A stretch of DNA of 64,000 bases from Gemmatimonadaceae bacterium (GTDB taxonomy: Bacteria; Gemmatimonadota; Gemmatimonadetes; Gemmatimonadales; Gemmatimonadaceae): positions 22,798 to 86,797 of the forward strand of contig JBHYGA010000010.1 of assembly GCA_051859245.1 (NCBI GenBank). The letters are read 5' to 3'. The notes beneath the pieces were generated by a model. That model had not been told where the DNA came from. It did not search any database and worked only from the letters and a program-made list of their open reading frames with translations. Positions 9,786 to 22,626 of this stretch are shown here, one piece after another; positions within the stretch are counted from its first letter, which is position 1; each line of letters opens with the position of its first letter. A program made the translations under genes and the position numbers.

Positions 9786-10203
9786 GCGAGACGGAAGTGC
9801 AGCGCGCGCGCGACGCGACGAAGACATCACCGCAACCAACGCGGAACCGCGTAGCAGCGCGCGCAAAAAATCCACCACACTCCAAGCCGTCGACGGAGAC
9901 GCCTCCATGCCCATGGCGCTCGATCGACTCATTCATGAGCGCTTGCGGCTCGCCATTGTGAGTTCGCTCGCTGTGCACGAGTCCCTCACGTTCAACGAAC
10001 TCAAGTCACTGCTCGATACCTCCGACGGCAACGTGTCGGTGCACGCGCGCAAGCTGGAGGACGCCGGATATATCAGCTGCACGAAAGGCTACGAGGGACG
10101 TGTGCCACGCACGGAGTACCGACTCACGGCCGAAGGCCGGCGCGCGCTTGAGCACTACCTCGCGCACATGGAAGCACTGATCAAACGGGTGGGTGGCGCA
10201 TGA
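9778..10203 (+). CDS. Winged-helix transcriptional regulator (ArsR/MarR-like, HTH_34 type)
   Basis: LDRLIHERLRLAIVSSL...TFNELKSLLDTSDGNVSVHARKLEDAGY...PRTEYRLTAEGR. Confidence 0.9.
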   Translation: MAKRDGSAARARRDEDITATNAEPRSSARKKSTTLQAVDGDASMPMALDRLIHERLRLAIVSSLAVHESLTFNELKSLLDTSDGNVSVHARKLEDAGYISCTKGYEGRVPRTEYRLTAEGRRALEHYLAHMEALIKRVGGA

Positions 10204-10913
10204 GTCGTCAACACATGACGGTACCTGGCCATCTGGCCGTCATCATGGATGGCAATGGTCGGTGGGCGACGCAACGCGGGCGGCCGCGCTGGATGGGACA
10301 CGTGCGAGGTGCGCAAACGGTGCGCAAAATGGTCACGCATTGCGCGCGTCGCGGCGTTGAACAGCTCTCGCTCTATGCCTTCTCCAGCGACAACTGGAAA
10401 CGACCAGCCGATGAAGTACGACTGCTGTTCGAGTTGTTCGCCACGCATCTGGATCGACAGCTGCCAGAGTTGCTGACCAATAACATTCGCCTGTCCATCA
10501 TCGGGCGACGTGATCGGCTGCCCACGTCGCTGGTTGCGCGCATTCAGGAAGCGGAGGCACGGACGCGTGCATGCACGCGGATGCACGTTCGTGTGGCCAT
10601 TGATTACTCCAGCCGCGCTGCGATTCAACGGGCCGCGAGCGACGGTGATCTGGCCGCTGGTTCCGATCACGCGACCGTCGCGGATTCGAGCATCCTGCCG
10701 GCCGTTGACCTGGTGCTGCGCACTGGTGGCGAACGACGGCTGTCTGATTTCTTGCTGTGGGAAAGCGCCTACGCGGAGCTCGCATTTCTCGATGCGAACT
10801 TTCCCGATCTTTCCGCCAATGATCTGGACAACGTCTTCGCCGATTACGCCGCACGCGATCGTCGCTTTGGTGGCGTCACGATCACCAACGAATTGATCAA
10901 GGAGAGCGCGTGA
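10200..10913 (+). CDS. uppS: cis-Prenyltransferase, UppS-like (probably an accessory paralog)
   Basis: HLAVIMDGNGRWA, YAFSSDNWKRP, RTGGERRLSDFLLWESAYAEL and RRFGG. Confidence 0.9.
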   Translation: MSRQHMTVPGHLAVIMDGNGRWATQRGRPRWMGHVRGAQTVRKMVTHCARRGVEQLSLYAFSSDNWKRPADEVRLLFELFATHLDRQLPELLTNNIRLSIIGRRDRLPTSLVARIQEAEARTRACTRMHVRVAIDYSSRAAIQRAASDGDLAAGSDHATVADSSILPAVDLVLRTGGERRLSDFLLWESAYAELAFLDANFPDLSANDLDNVFADYAARDRRFGGVTITNELIKESA

Positions 10914-12370
10914 CACCGCAACTCGCACGTCGACTGCTTGTGGCCGCGACAGTATTGGGACTCGCTGGCAACTGGTTGCTGCGCGCAGAATGGTGGCGCG
11001 CCGGATTTCTCGTATGGGTACTCGGCATTCTCAGCGTCGCCTACGCGGCTACGCGCTTCAGCATAGCACGCAGCAACACGGCGCCAGATCCGAGCGCGCA
11101 CCGCGAGCGCACGATGCTCTTCGTGAGCGCCGCGCTGCTGGCGTTGCTCCTGGTACTGCGTGACGCAGAAATCCTCTTCGTGCTCGATCTCTTTGCGCTG
11201 CTCGTGGTCGCGGCGCTCATCGCCTGGCGCGCGGCGGGCCGTCCGCTCGCGACGCTTGAGCCACGTGATTGCGCCGTCGGTGGCATTGCCGCGGTTTCAA
11301 CCATGATTGCGGGCGCACCAATGTTGGCACTGCGAGACGCCGCACCAGTGCGACTGGAATCGGCGCAGCGCCGAGCGCTTGGCGGCTATGGTGTTGGCGC
11401 GATCGCGGCCGCACCCGTGTTGATCGCCGTAGCGCTGTTGCTGGGTTCCGCCGATCCGTTGTTTGCCCAGTTGCTTGAGGACGCTGGTGCCATGCTCGAT
11501 GTGAGTCTGGTGGGACACGGTGTTGGCACGTTCATGGCTGCCTGGGTTGTTGCCGGCGCACTGCGTGGTTCCCTGGTCATGACCGGCGCGGGGACACTGG
11601 CGGGTCGGATCCAACCGCGTCTTTCGTTTCCGGTCATCGCACCGCTGCTGACGGGTCTCACGGTACTGCTGAGCATCTGGATTGCGTTGCAAGTGCGCAC
11701 GATTTTTGGCGGTGCGGAGTACGTAGCCACCGCAAGCGGTGTGACCGTTGCCGACTACGCACGACAGGGATTTTTTGAGTTGATCGTGATTGCGGGTATT
11801 GTGCTCGCCGCGCTGTTGCTTGCCGACGAAGTGCTTGCCCGCGACGCCGAGCGCGAACGCCGAACGTTTCGCCGATTTGGTCTGGCACTGCTCGCCCTGG
11901 TGAGCGCACTGCTTGTGTCCGCTGTTTTCCGACTGGCGTTGTACCTGCGCTACTATGGTCTCACCGATGACCGCGTGCTGGCGTTAGCCGTGTTGGTCTG
12001 GGTCGCTGCCGTGCTCGGATGGTTTGGGTTCACAGTGCTACGGAACGTCCGCGCGCGATTTGCGCCTGGTGTGCTTGTTGTGTCAGCGATCTGGCTCGGC
12101 GCGTTCAACCTGCTGAACCCAGAGCGCTGGATTGTGGAGACCAACTTGAGTCGGGCGGAGCGCGGGCTTGAGTTTGACGTCAAGTACCACGCCAGACTGT
12201 CCGGCGATGCGCTGCCAGCGTTGCTCGATGGGGCGGATCGACTTGGCCCAGCGCGGGCGGCGGAACTACGCGCCGCAGTGACAACGGTGTGGACGGCACG
12301 TGCAGCGGAACGCGCTGACTGGCGTTCGTGGAGCGTGCCATACGTCATCGCCGCGCGACGCGTGGAGTGA
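10910..12370 (+). CDS. DUF4153/DUF4173-like polytopic membrane protein
   Basis: LLGSADPLF, ADYARQGFFEL, RLALYLRYYGLT, NPERWIVETN and LSGDA. Confidence 0.85.
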   Translation: MTPQLARRLLVAATVLGLAGNWLLRAEWWRAGFLVWVLGILSVAYAATRFSIARSNTAPDPSAHRERTMLFVSAALLALLLVLRDAEILFVLDLFALLVVAALIAWRAAGRPLATLEPRDCAVGGIAAVSTMIAGAPMLALRDAAPVRLESAQRRALGGYGVGAIAAAPVLIAVALLLGSADPLFAQLLEDAGAMLDVSLVGHGVGTFMAAWVVAGALRGSLVMTGAGTLAGRIQPRLSFPVIAPLLTGLTVLLSIWIALQVRTIFGGAEYVATASGVTVADYARQGFFELIVIAGIVLAALLLADEVLARDAERERRTFRRFGLALLALVSALLVSAVFRLALYLRYYGLTDDRVLALAVLVWVAAVLGWFGFTVLRNVRARFAPGVLVVSAIWLGAFNLLNPERWIVETNLSRAERGLEFDVKYHARLSGDALPALLDGADRLGPARAAELRAAVTTVWTARAAERADWRSWSVPYVIAARRVE

Positions 12371-12848
12371 GACAGGCTCAAGCACGTCGTCTTCTACTTT
12401 GCGGGCTTCAAGCGACATATTGGTGTATATCCACCAATGAACAATGACGCTGCGCAAGTAGCGGAGACCGCGCGGCGATTCGATTTGCCTGAATCACCGG
12501 AGTACGAAATGTCGGTTCAGCCGAGCGTGGGAGACCGCACGTTGCAAGGCACAGCAGTGGTGGGCGTTGCCACGCCGCCCTAGTTGAGCGCGCTGTATCG
12601 TGAGCTCATGAGCCCATGCTTCGTCAACATACGCGCCAGGCGCAAGCGCGCGCTCAGTCGTAACCCAACGCACGCACTGCACACTGCATCGCGTCAGAGT
12701 CGGGGAAATCCGCACAAACGCGATAGATGATACCTGACTGAATGTCAGCCTGATTCCCGCGAAGCTTCAGAGTTTCGCAGGTAGGTCGAGGCACGTGTCC
12801 GCACGTCGGTGCGCATGGACTCGATCGCGTGCCTATGGGAAGCAGAAC

Positions 12849-16549
<3,701 letters not shown>

Positions 16550-16574
16550 TCACTGAAAGTAAGGATGCCAAGCT

Positions 16575-16625
16575 ATAGGCCGCAACCACTTTCGCACTAT
16601 ACAAACCATAGCCGATGCCTATACT
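16575..16625. promoter_or_regulatory. OxyR-type binding site in the katG/oxyR divergent promoter
   Basis: Tetramers at 11-bp periodicity: ATAG 16575, CCAC 16586, CTAT 16597, ATAG 16608, CTAT 16619. The last pair is a perfect ATAG-N7-CTAT. Confidence 0.75.
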
Positions 16626-16631
16626 TAGAAA

Positions 16632-17519
16632 ATGGACACCACCCTTCTACGGGCCTTTCTGGAGGCTGCTGACGCTGGTTCACTGAGTCGCGCGGCACGA
16701 TTGCTGTCGCTGTCGCAGCCCTCACTCACGGCTCAGATCCAGCGGTTAGAGCAGCACCTCGGAGCGCCGCTCTTTGAGCGGCACGGACGCGGCGTGTCGC
16801 TGACCGAGGCCGGTCGGTCATTGTATCCGCGGGCGCGGCGGATTCTCAATGACGTGCGTGAGACAGAGAATCTTGTTCGGCACGAACGATCGATGTCTGT
16901 GGGGACGCTCACGGTTGGTGCGATCCCAACGGTTGCCCCGTATGTGTTGCCTGCTGCGGTAAAACGGATGCGCGCGCGGGACGCCGCCATGCGCGTGGAG
17001 TTGCGCGAGGACTACAGCAGCGTGCTCGCGCGCATGTTGCGCGACGGAGCGCTTGATGTGGTGATTGCGGCGCTGCCGTACGCGTTCGAACACCTCGACA
17101 CCGAGGTGCTGGGTTCCGACGCGTTGATGGTGGCGGTGCCTGGTTCGCACGCCGCGGCGCGAAGCGGTCGCATCACGCTCACGCAGCTGCGGGAATCGCC
17201 CGCCGTCACGCTCGACCCATCGCACTGTCTCGGCGCGCAAGTCGCGGGGTTCTGTTCAAGTCGCGACATCTCACCGTCGGTGGTGTGCCACAGTGCGCAG
17301 CTTGCAACGGTGCTTGAGCTGGTAGGGGCTGGCGTTGGCGTGTCGATCGTGCCAGCCATGGCGGCGGCGCGACACAACACGCCAGAGTGTGTATACGTGC
17401 CGCTCGCGGAGCACACGTTGCAGCGCGAGATCGTGGCGGTGTGGAGACGTGGCGCGGAGAAGTCGGCGCAGGCGCGGAGTTTCGTGGATTGTGTTCGGGA
17501 TGTTGTGCGCGGGGTGTAG
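16632..17519 (+). CDS. oxyR: LysR-family H2O2 sensor, OxyR-like
   Basis: LysR HTH; GAIPTVAPY; HCLGAQVAGFC has two Cys 9 residues apart as in OxyR C199/C208; divergent from katG. Confidence 0.85.
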   Translation: MDTTLLRAFLEAADAGSLSRAARLLSLSQPSLTAQIQRLEQHLGAPLFERHGRGVSLTEAGRSLYPRARRILNDVRETENLVRHERSMSVGTLTVGAIPTVAPYVLPAAVKRMRARDAAMRVELREDYSSVLARMLRDGALDVVIAALPYAFEHLDTEVLGSDALMVAVPGSHAAARSGRITLTQLRESPAVTLDPSHCLGAQVAGFCSSRDISPSVVCHSAQLATVLELVGAGVGVSIVPAMAAARHNTPECVYVPLAEHTLQREIVAVWRRGAEKSAQARSFVDCVRDVVRGV

Positions 17520-17548
17520 TGCGTCGCAATCTCGCTCGTGCTTGCAGT

Positions 17549-17573
17549 CTCCGTGCCTCCGCGCCTCCGTGGT
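17549..17573. repeat. Three tandem 8-bp units (CTCCGYGS) between convergent genes
   Basis: ctccgtgc ctccgcgc ctccgtgg t. Confidence 0.6.
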
Positions 17574-17596
17574 AAACGCTGTTTCAGTTCGCGCGC

Positions 17597-18877
17597 TTAC
17601 TTGATCGCCGGCGCAACAGGCGCAAGAATCCGCTGCGCAATCAGGATGAACCCAAGCAACATCAGCACCGCGACACCCTGCGCTTTTACGACGGATAGCA
17701 TCAACACCTGCGTGCAGAAAGTCGTCACCGCCCACCAGAGCACCGGCCCAAGGATCGCCGAGAACCGTCCGACCATTCCGTACAATCCGTAGAACTCACC
17801 AATCCGCTCAGGCGGCGTGAGTTGCAGCATGAGCGGCCGGTCGGCGCTCCACGTACCACCGAGCGCGATGCCCGCCATGGAGGCAACGACGTACAGCGTG
17901 GCAGCCGGAAGAGTGAACAGCGCCACGCTTGACGCCGCAATGAAGGTGGCAATCCACAGCCAGAGCACGGCGTCGAGTGTGCGCTTGGGTCCGATGCGAT
18001 CCACCAATCGTCCCCACAACAAGCCACCCACAACAGCGAAACTGATCGCGGACATCATGATCAGTCGCGCGGTCTTTTCCCCTGCCGCGCTTGATTGCCC
18101 GGCAGCAACCGACACGTTGATGGTAAACAGCGCCATGATCATGATCAGCGTGTTCAGCGCGTCTGTATAGAACATGCGCCCGATCAAAAATCGGATCAGC
18201 CCGGGAAATTCTGAACCACTGCGCAGCGTGCGCCACGTTTGCTGCGTGGATTCGCGAATCATGGCAAGGCCGAAGATCGGCCGCGGGTTGGCATTGCCTC
18301 GCTCACGTACAAACACAAAACACGGGATCGCGAGCAGCAGAAACGCTATCGCGATCGCTGTAAACAAAAAGGCGGTGTCGTTGGATCCGTACAGCATGCC
18401 AATGCCAACCGCGAAATACGACCCGAGGTACCCAAGTCCTACACCAATTCCGGAAATGCGTCCACGATTCTCCGGCGTGCTTACCTCGGGCAGCAGCGCA
18501 TCATAGAACTGAAGACCCGCCTGATACGCGGCGTTCGCCAACACAAAGGCGATCAATGTTGGCCAGTATGCCAGTCGACCCAGCGTGAGCGTGAGTGCCA
18601 CGCACAGCACCGTGCTGACAATGAGAAATGGCATGCGTCTGCGGGCGCGATCTGTCATCGCCCCAAGAAGCGGCGAGGCAAAAAAGATCAGTCCCATCGA
18701 CACGGCCGTGGTCAGACTTAATACACTGTCTGCACGATCCTCACCAACCGTCGCGCGTATCCACGTCGGGAAGTACAGCGACACCACGCCCATCGAAAAA
18801 ATCGTGTTGGCCAGATCGTAGAGCACCCAGCTGGCGACCGCGCGGCGCGGGATTGCCGGTTCAACGCCGCGACGCAT
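17597..18877 (-). CDS. MFS transporter (UMF1/BtlA-like)
   Basis: SWVLYDLANT, YDALLPEV, RISGIGVGLGYLG and GEFYGLY; about 12 TM segments. Confidence 0.9.
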   Translation of the reverse strand: MRRGVEPAIPRRAVASWVLYDLANTIFSMGVVSLYFPTWIRATVGEDRADSVLSLTTAVSMGLIFFASPLLGAMTDRARRRMPFLIVSTVLCVALTLTLGRLAYWPTLIAFVLANAAYQAGLQFYDALLPEVSTPENRGRISGIGVGLGYLGSYFAVGIGMLYGSNDTAFLFTAIAIAFLLLAIPCFVFVRERGNANPRPIFGLAMIRESTQQTWRTLRSGSEFPGLIRFLIGRMFYTDALNTLIMIMALFTINVSVAAGQSSAAGEKTARLIMMSAISFAVVGGLLWGRLVDRIGPKRTLDAVLWLWIATFIAASSVALFTLPAATLYVVASMAGIALGGTWSADRPLMLQLTPPERIGEFYGLYGMVGRFSAILGPVLWWAVTTFCTQVLMLSVVKAQGVAVLMLLGFILIAQRILAPVAPAIK

Positions 18878-18880
18878 TGC

Positions 18881-20806
18881 CTAGCGTGCGCCGATCGCGC
18901 GCAGCAACTGGTCGGGCTCGTAGACACGTCCGCCCAGAATTACGCGGTGCACGTTGCGCAATGCACCGATCTGTTCCAGGGGGTTGCCGTTCACAATTGC
19001 GATATCCGCTTCCTTTCCAACAGCAATGCTCCCGTGCAGCGAGTCCTCCCCCATCACACGCGCGGACATGAGCGTGGCCATCTGCAAGACCACCGAGGCC
19101 GGAATTCCGGCGCGTACATACACTTCGAGTTCATTCACGTACGTGACGCTTCCTTGCGCGTCTGTACCTGGCACCATGGGAATGCCGGCATCGTACAGGC
19201 GTTTCACAAGCGTCAGCCAGTTTGCATTCGCGGAGTCGGCAGCGCTCGTCGGTGTGCCACCGGTTGTTGAGTTGCCTGCGGCAAACCCCTGGTACCAAAG
19301 AGAAAACGTCCCGTCAATCACCGTGCCATGCGTTTTGAACGTGTTGAGCATCGCCGTCATCTGCGCGCTGTTCACATCAATACGCGGTGCCACGAGCTGG
19401 GCCACCGCTGAGTACGGACGCATGGTCGGTGTGTACAGCGAGTCCTGATAGAACGTAGAAAACAGGAACGCGCCATGATTGATTTCATCAAAGCCGAGTC
19501 TCACGGCCGCCTCGGTGCTCAGTCCGCGCGGAACATGTCCACTGAGTCGCAGGCCGCGCGCGCTTGCCTCCGCTGCGATTGTGGGCACCAGATCCGGATG
19601 CACGAGATTGTACAGCTTGACTTGTTTGTAGCCAAGTCGGTGGTACATCGCGACCATTTCACGCGCTTCGGTTTCCGTGCGCACAATTGCATCACTCGGC
19701 CCGGCCCACGCGCCGGGGCCTTCGATGAAACCACCGAGGATGGTGCGCGGTCCGAGGTAGTCACCGCGCGACACCGCGTCCCGATAGTTGACGGCGACAT
19801 CTGTGTCGGCGGCCAGATCACGGCTCGTGGTAATGCCACGCGCAAGTTGCATAATACCACCCATCGTAGACGAGGTGGATTGCAAGTGTGCATGCATCTC
19901 CCACATGCCAGGCATCACCGTCTTGCCGGTCGCGTCCACGCGCTGTGCACCGGCCGGAATGCGCACACTCGTGCTCGGTCCAAGGGCGATAATGCGTGAG
20001 CCCTCGATCACCACCGTATGGTCTGGCAGCAGCACTCCACGGTCGGCGTCAAACACAGAACCGCCGGTGATTGCAACAGCCGGTACCTTCGGAGGTCCTA
20101 ACGCGGCCATGAGGGCGCGCGCTTGTCTGTCCCGATACCCAAGTTCTATCGCACGCAGCGTTGGCAAGCTGGCCTGCGCACCCTCGCGCACCGTAATGAA
20201 CCAGCCAACCTGACTGGCGAACAATTCGCCTCGCGCGTCGATCCAGACGGCGTCCGGTGTGTACCCGGTAGCACGATGCAACAGGGCCAGCCGCACGCGC
20301 TGCGAACCGCTCGTCGTGTTCACCGCGGTATCCGCGACGATCTCCAATCGCACGGTTCCCGTTGGTAGCAGCGGCAGCGTGGTCACGCCACGACGCAGCA
20401 ACTCGCGGGCCAGCAACGCCTGTTCAATCGGTCCGGCGCCGGCCAGTCGATAGACGCCCGCGCCAGTTGGCATCGCGCGATTCACAGTGCCACCCACGCG
20501 CCAACGCACAGAGTCCGCGCTCACGACGAACGCGTTACTCTCGGCGCCGGGCACGCCGTCATTGAGTCCGATTCCGCGAATGCTGCCGGCGACCGGCGAG
20601 CCATCGGCAGCAAAACGATATCGCACCTCGAAGCGCGTTCCTCGATTCCGATCCACATGCCGATAGTGCGCGAGCAGCGAATCCGCATCGCGCACCACCA
20701 GCATTTCACCGGCTGGTCGACCGTGGTTGATCACATCGTACCGCGTGCTGTCTGGAGCCAACACGGACAGCGTTGCAACGGCGACAACTGAAAGAGGGCT
20801 GAGCAT
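18881..20806 (-). CDS. Exported amidohydrolase family protein
   Basis: MPGMWEMHAH, PGTDA and GSIAVGKEADIA. Confidence 0.9.
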   Translation of the reverse strand: MLSPLSVVAVATLSVLAPDSTRYDVINHGRPAGEMLVVRDADSLLAHYRHVDRNRGTRFEVRYRFAADGSPVAGSIRGIGLNDGVPGAESNAFVVSADSVRWRVGGTVNRAMPTGAGVYRLAGAGPIEQALLARELLRRGVTTLPLLPTGTVRLEIVADTAVNTTSGSQRVRLALLHRATGYTPDAVWIDARGELFASQVGWFITVREGAQASLPTLRAIELGYRDRQARALMAALGPPKVPAVAITGGSVFDADRGVLLPDHTVVIEGSRIIALGPSTSVRIPAGAQRVDATGKTVMPGMWEMHAHLQSTSSTMGGIMQLARGITTSRDLAADTDVAVNYRDAVSRGDYLGPRTILGGFIEGPGAWAGPSDAIVRTETEAREMVAMYHRLGYKQVKLYNLVHPDLVPTIAAEASARGLRLSGHVPRGLSTEAAVRLGFDEINHGAFLFSTFYQDSLYTPTMRPYSAVAQLVAPRIDVNSAQMTAMLNTFKTHGTVIDGTFSLWYQGFAAGNSTTGGTPTSAADSANANWLTLVKRLYDAGIPMVPGTDAQGSVTYVNELEVYVRAGIPASVVLQMATLMSARVMGEDSLHGSIAVGKEADIAIVNGNPLEQIGALRNVHRVILGGRVYEPDQLLRAIGAR

Positions 20807-20881
20807 CGGAGCGCAGTGGTAAGGAGGCAAAACCGTCGCACGGCGAGTGCTGCCCATTATGCAGTGCCGAGGCGCGAGGCG

Positions 20882-21961
20882 CTACTTGATCGGCAACGCA
20901 ATCGGTCGAAACGGCGCCGCGCTGGCTCCCCGCAGCTTCAGCGAGCCGGCAATGAACGCGAACTCGTACACGCGCTTCTCCGCGAGCTCTTCGAGATTCA
21001 GCACTTCAATAATCGGGACACCGCGCTGGGCGAGGAGATATGTGTGCACCGGAATCCAGTTTTCATTGCCATGTACTGGGAAATGTTCGAGCGACAGGTT
21101 GTCGCCGCCAATGGCCATCACCTGTTGTGATTCGGCCAACCAACGGGCGCCCGGCAGGCCGAGGCCCGGCTGGTCCAACACGTACTTCTGCACGTCAGGC
21201 CACACCGTCATTCGGCCACCGCGAATGAGCACGACATCACCAGGCTCCAGTCGCGTGTTCTGCTTTGCAAGCGCGCCCTGCAGGTCTTCGGCCGTAATCG
21301 AGTACGAAGCGGGAAGCATCTTCACGCCTTTGTAGCCAGCCACATCGATCAGCACCCCGCGCGCAATGACGGGCGGGAATTTTTCCACGCCCACTTTGCT
21401 CCAACCACGATCGCCAAGATGCGAGTCGGCCGCGAAGCCGTTGAAGACTTCGCCGTGCAGTCCGAAGTGATTGAGTGCGTCAATGTGCGTGCCCGTGTGC
21501 GTGTACATCGAGATGGCATCGCCCGTGTACGCGACCTTGGCGTTTTGCTCGGCGCCCACACCAAGCGGATCATCAATCGCGTGTCCGCGTGGTGTGTGCG
21601 TCATCCAGAGCTGGTACAGTGGATCACCCGCCAGATACCAGCTGGGCATGCCATTGAAGTACTCCACCGAGAGATCGAACACAGTGCCGCCTGCGATGCG
21701 TGAAAGAATGCGGGCGCGCGACGCATCGGTCATCATGTTGAGTGTGCCGATTTCGTCGTTCGGCCCCCACGGGCTGCGGCCAACGGAGTCGCGCGTTGCC
21801 GCTGACGCTGCGACCGGCGCCTGCGCTGCCGCTTTGCCGGCCAGCATCGTCTGGGCGACCAGTGCACCGGCGACAGCGGCCGTGATGGTAATCATGAGCG
21901 AGGCGCTTAGCGCGGCCGCGACGGTGGCGCGGTTGGCGGTTCGGATCAGTGGACCAGACAT
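20882..21961 (-). CDS. Cyclase/kynurenine formamidase-like metal hydrolase, exported
   Basis: HTGTHIDALNH, RGVLID, GGDN and IEVLNLEEL. Confidence 0.9.
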   Translation of the reverse strand: MSGPLIRTANRATVAAALSASLMITITAAVAGALVAQTMLAGKAAAQAPVAASAATRDSVGRSPWGPNDEIGTLNMMTDASRARILSRIAGGTVFDLSVEYFNGMPSWYLAGDPLYQLWMTHTPRGHAIDDPLGVGAEQNAKVAYTGDAISMYTHTGTHIDALNHFGLHGEVFNGFAADSHLGDRGWSKVGVEKFPPVIARGVLIDVAGYKGVKMLPASYSITAEDLQGALAKQNTRLEPGDVVLIRGGRMTVWPDVQKYVLDQPGLGLPGARWLAESQQVMAIGGDNLSLEHFPVHGNENWIPVHTYLLAQRGVPIIEVLNLEELAEKRVYEFAFIAGSLKLRGASAAPFRPIALPIK

Positions 21962-22002
21962 GAGAAAACTCCGTAGTGAAGTGCGAAATGTGTTTGCACC
22001 AT

Positions 22003-22021
22003 TATGTGTCTACAACACATA
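22003..22021. promoter_or_regulatory. Putative MarR operator upstream of the cyclase gene
   Basis: TATGTGTC-TAC-AACACATA palindrome, matching the site in the marR promoter. Confidence 0.6.
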
Positions 22022-22076
22022 TGGATGCCGAAAAACGCGGCCCTCGCCGCGTTGCCTTCGAGTCAAACCGAGGTGA

Positions 22077-22556
22077 TCACGGCACCAGTTGCTCACACAG
22101 TCGAGCGAGCTCCCGCAGTTCGACGGCGTTCAGCCCCGCCGTGAGCGAACGTTGCAGTTCGTGCAGCGCCGGGTCGACAACATCGAGCAGTGCGAGTCCT
22201 TCGCGTGTGATTCGCGCGACGGAGAGTCGGCGATTGTCCGCGTCCCACCCGCGCGTGATCAGTCCCTGCTTTTCCAGTCGATCGAGCAGTCGCGTCACGT
22301 CCGGCGCTTTACTCATCATGCGCTTGCCCACCTCGCCGCGCGAGTGACCGTTGGGCTCAGCACCACGCAGAATGCGCAACACATTGTACTGATCGTGCGT
22401 CAGACCGTGCTCGCGCATGAGCTCCGCGATGTGCTGCTGCACGGTCGCAGCCGCCACCAGCAGGCTCACGACGGCCTCCTGCTGTCGACTCTCAAACTTC
22501 CGATGCTGCACCCGATCACGAACGGCCACCCGAGGCTCCTTAATGTGTGTTGGCAA
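22077..22556 (-). CDS. MarR family regulator
   Basis: QYNVLRILRGA, PDVTRLLDRLEKQGLI and DNRRLS; TTG start. Confidence 0.92.
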   Translation of the reverse strand: MPTHIKEPRVAVRDRVQHRKFESRQQEAVVSLLVAAATVQQHIAELMREHGLTHDQYNVLRILRGAEPNGHSRGEVGKRMMSKAPDVTRLLDRLEKQGLITRGWDADNRRLSVARITREGLALLDVVDPALHELQRSLTAGLNAVELRELARLCEQLVP

Positions 22557-22570
22557 CGCGCCTGAACAGA

Positions 22571-22600
22571 ACGATACGTGTTGCTAACACACGTTGTCAA
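22571..22600 (-). promoter_or_regulatory. marR promoter with GTGTT-N3-AACAC operator in the spacer
   Basis: TTGACA (22600-22595)-N18-TATCGT; GTGTTGCTAACAC at 22578-22590. Confidence 0.7.
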
Positions 22601-22626
22601 GAGTCAGGAGCGAACGGCCGGCCCGG

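Noticed and set aside
12731..12785. Possible structured RNA upstream of the nitronate monooxygenase gene
   Set aside because: Only short stems are present, with no riboswitch consensus I can recognise.
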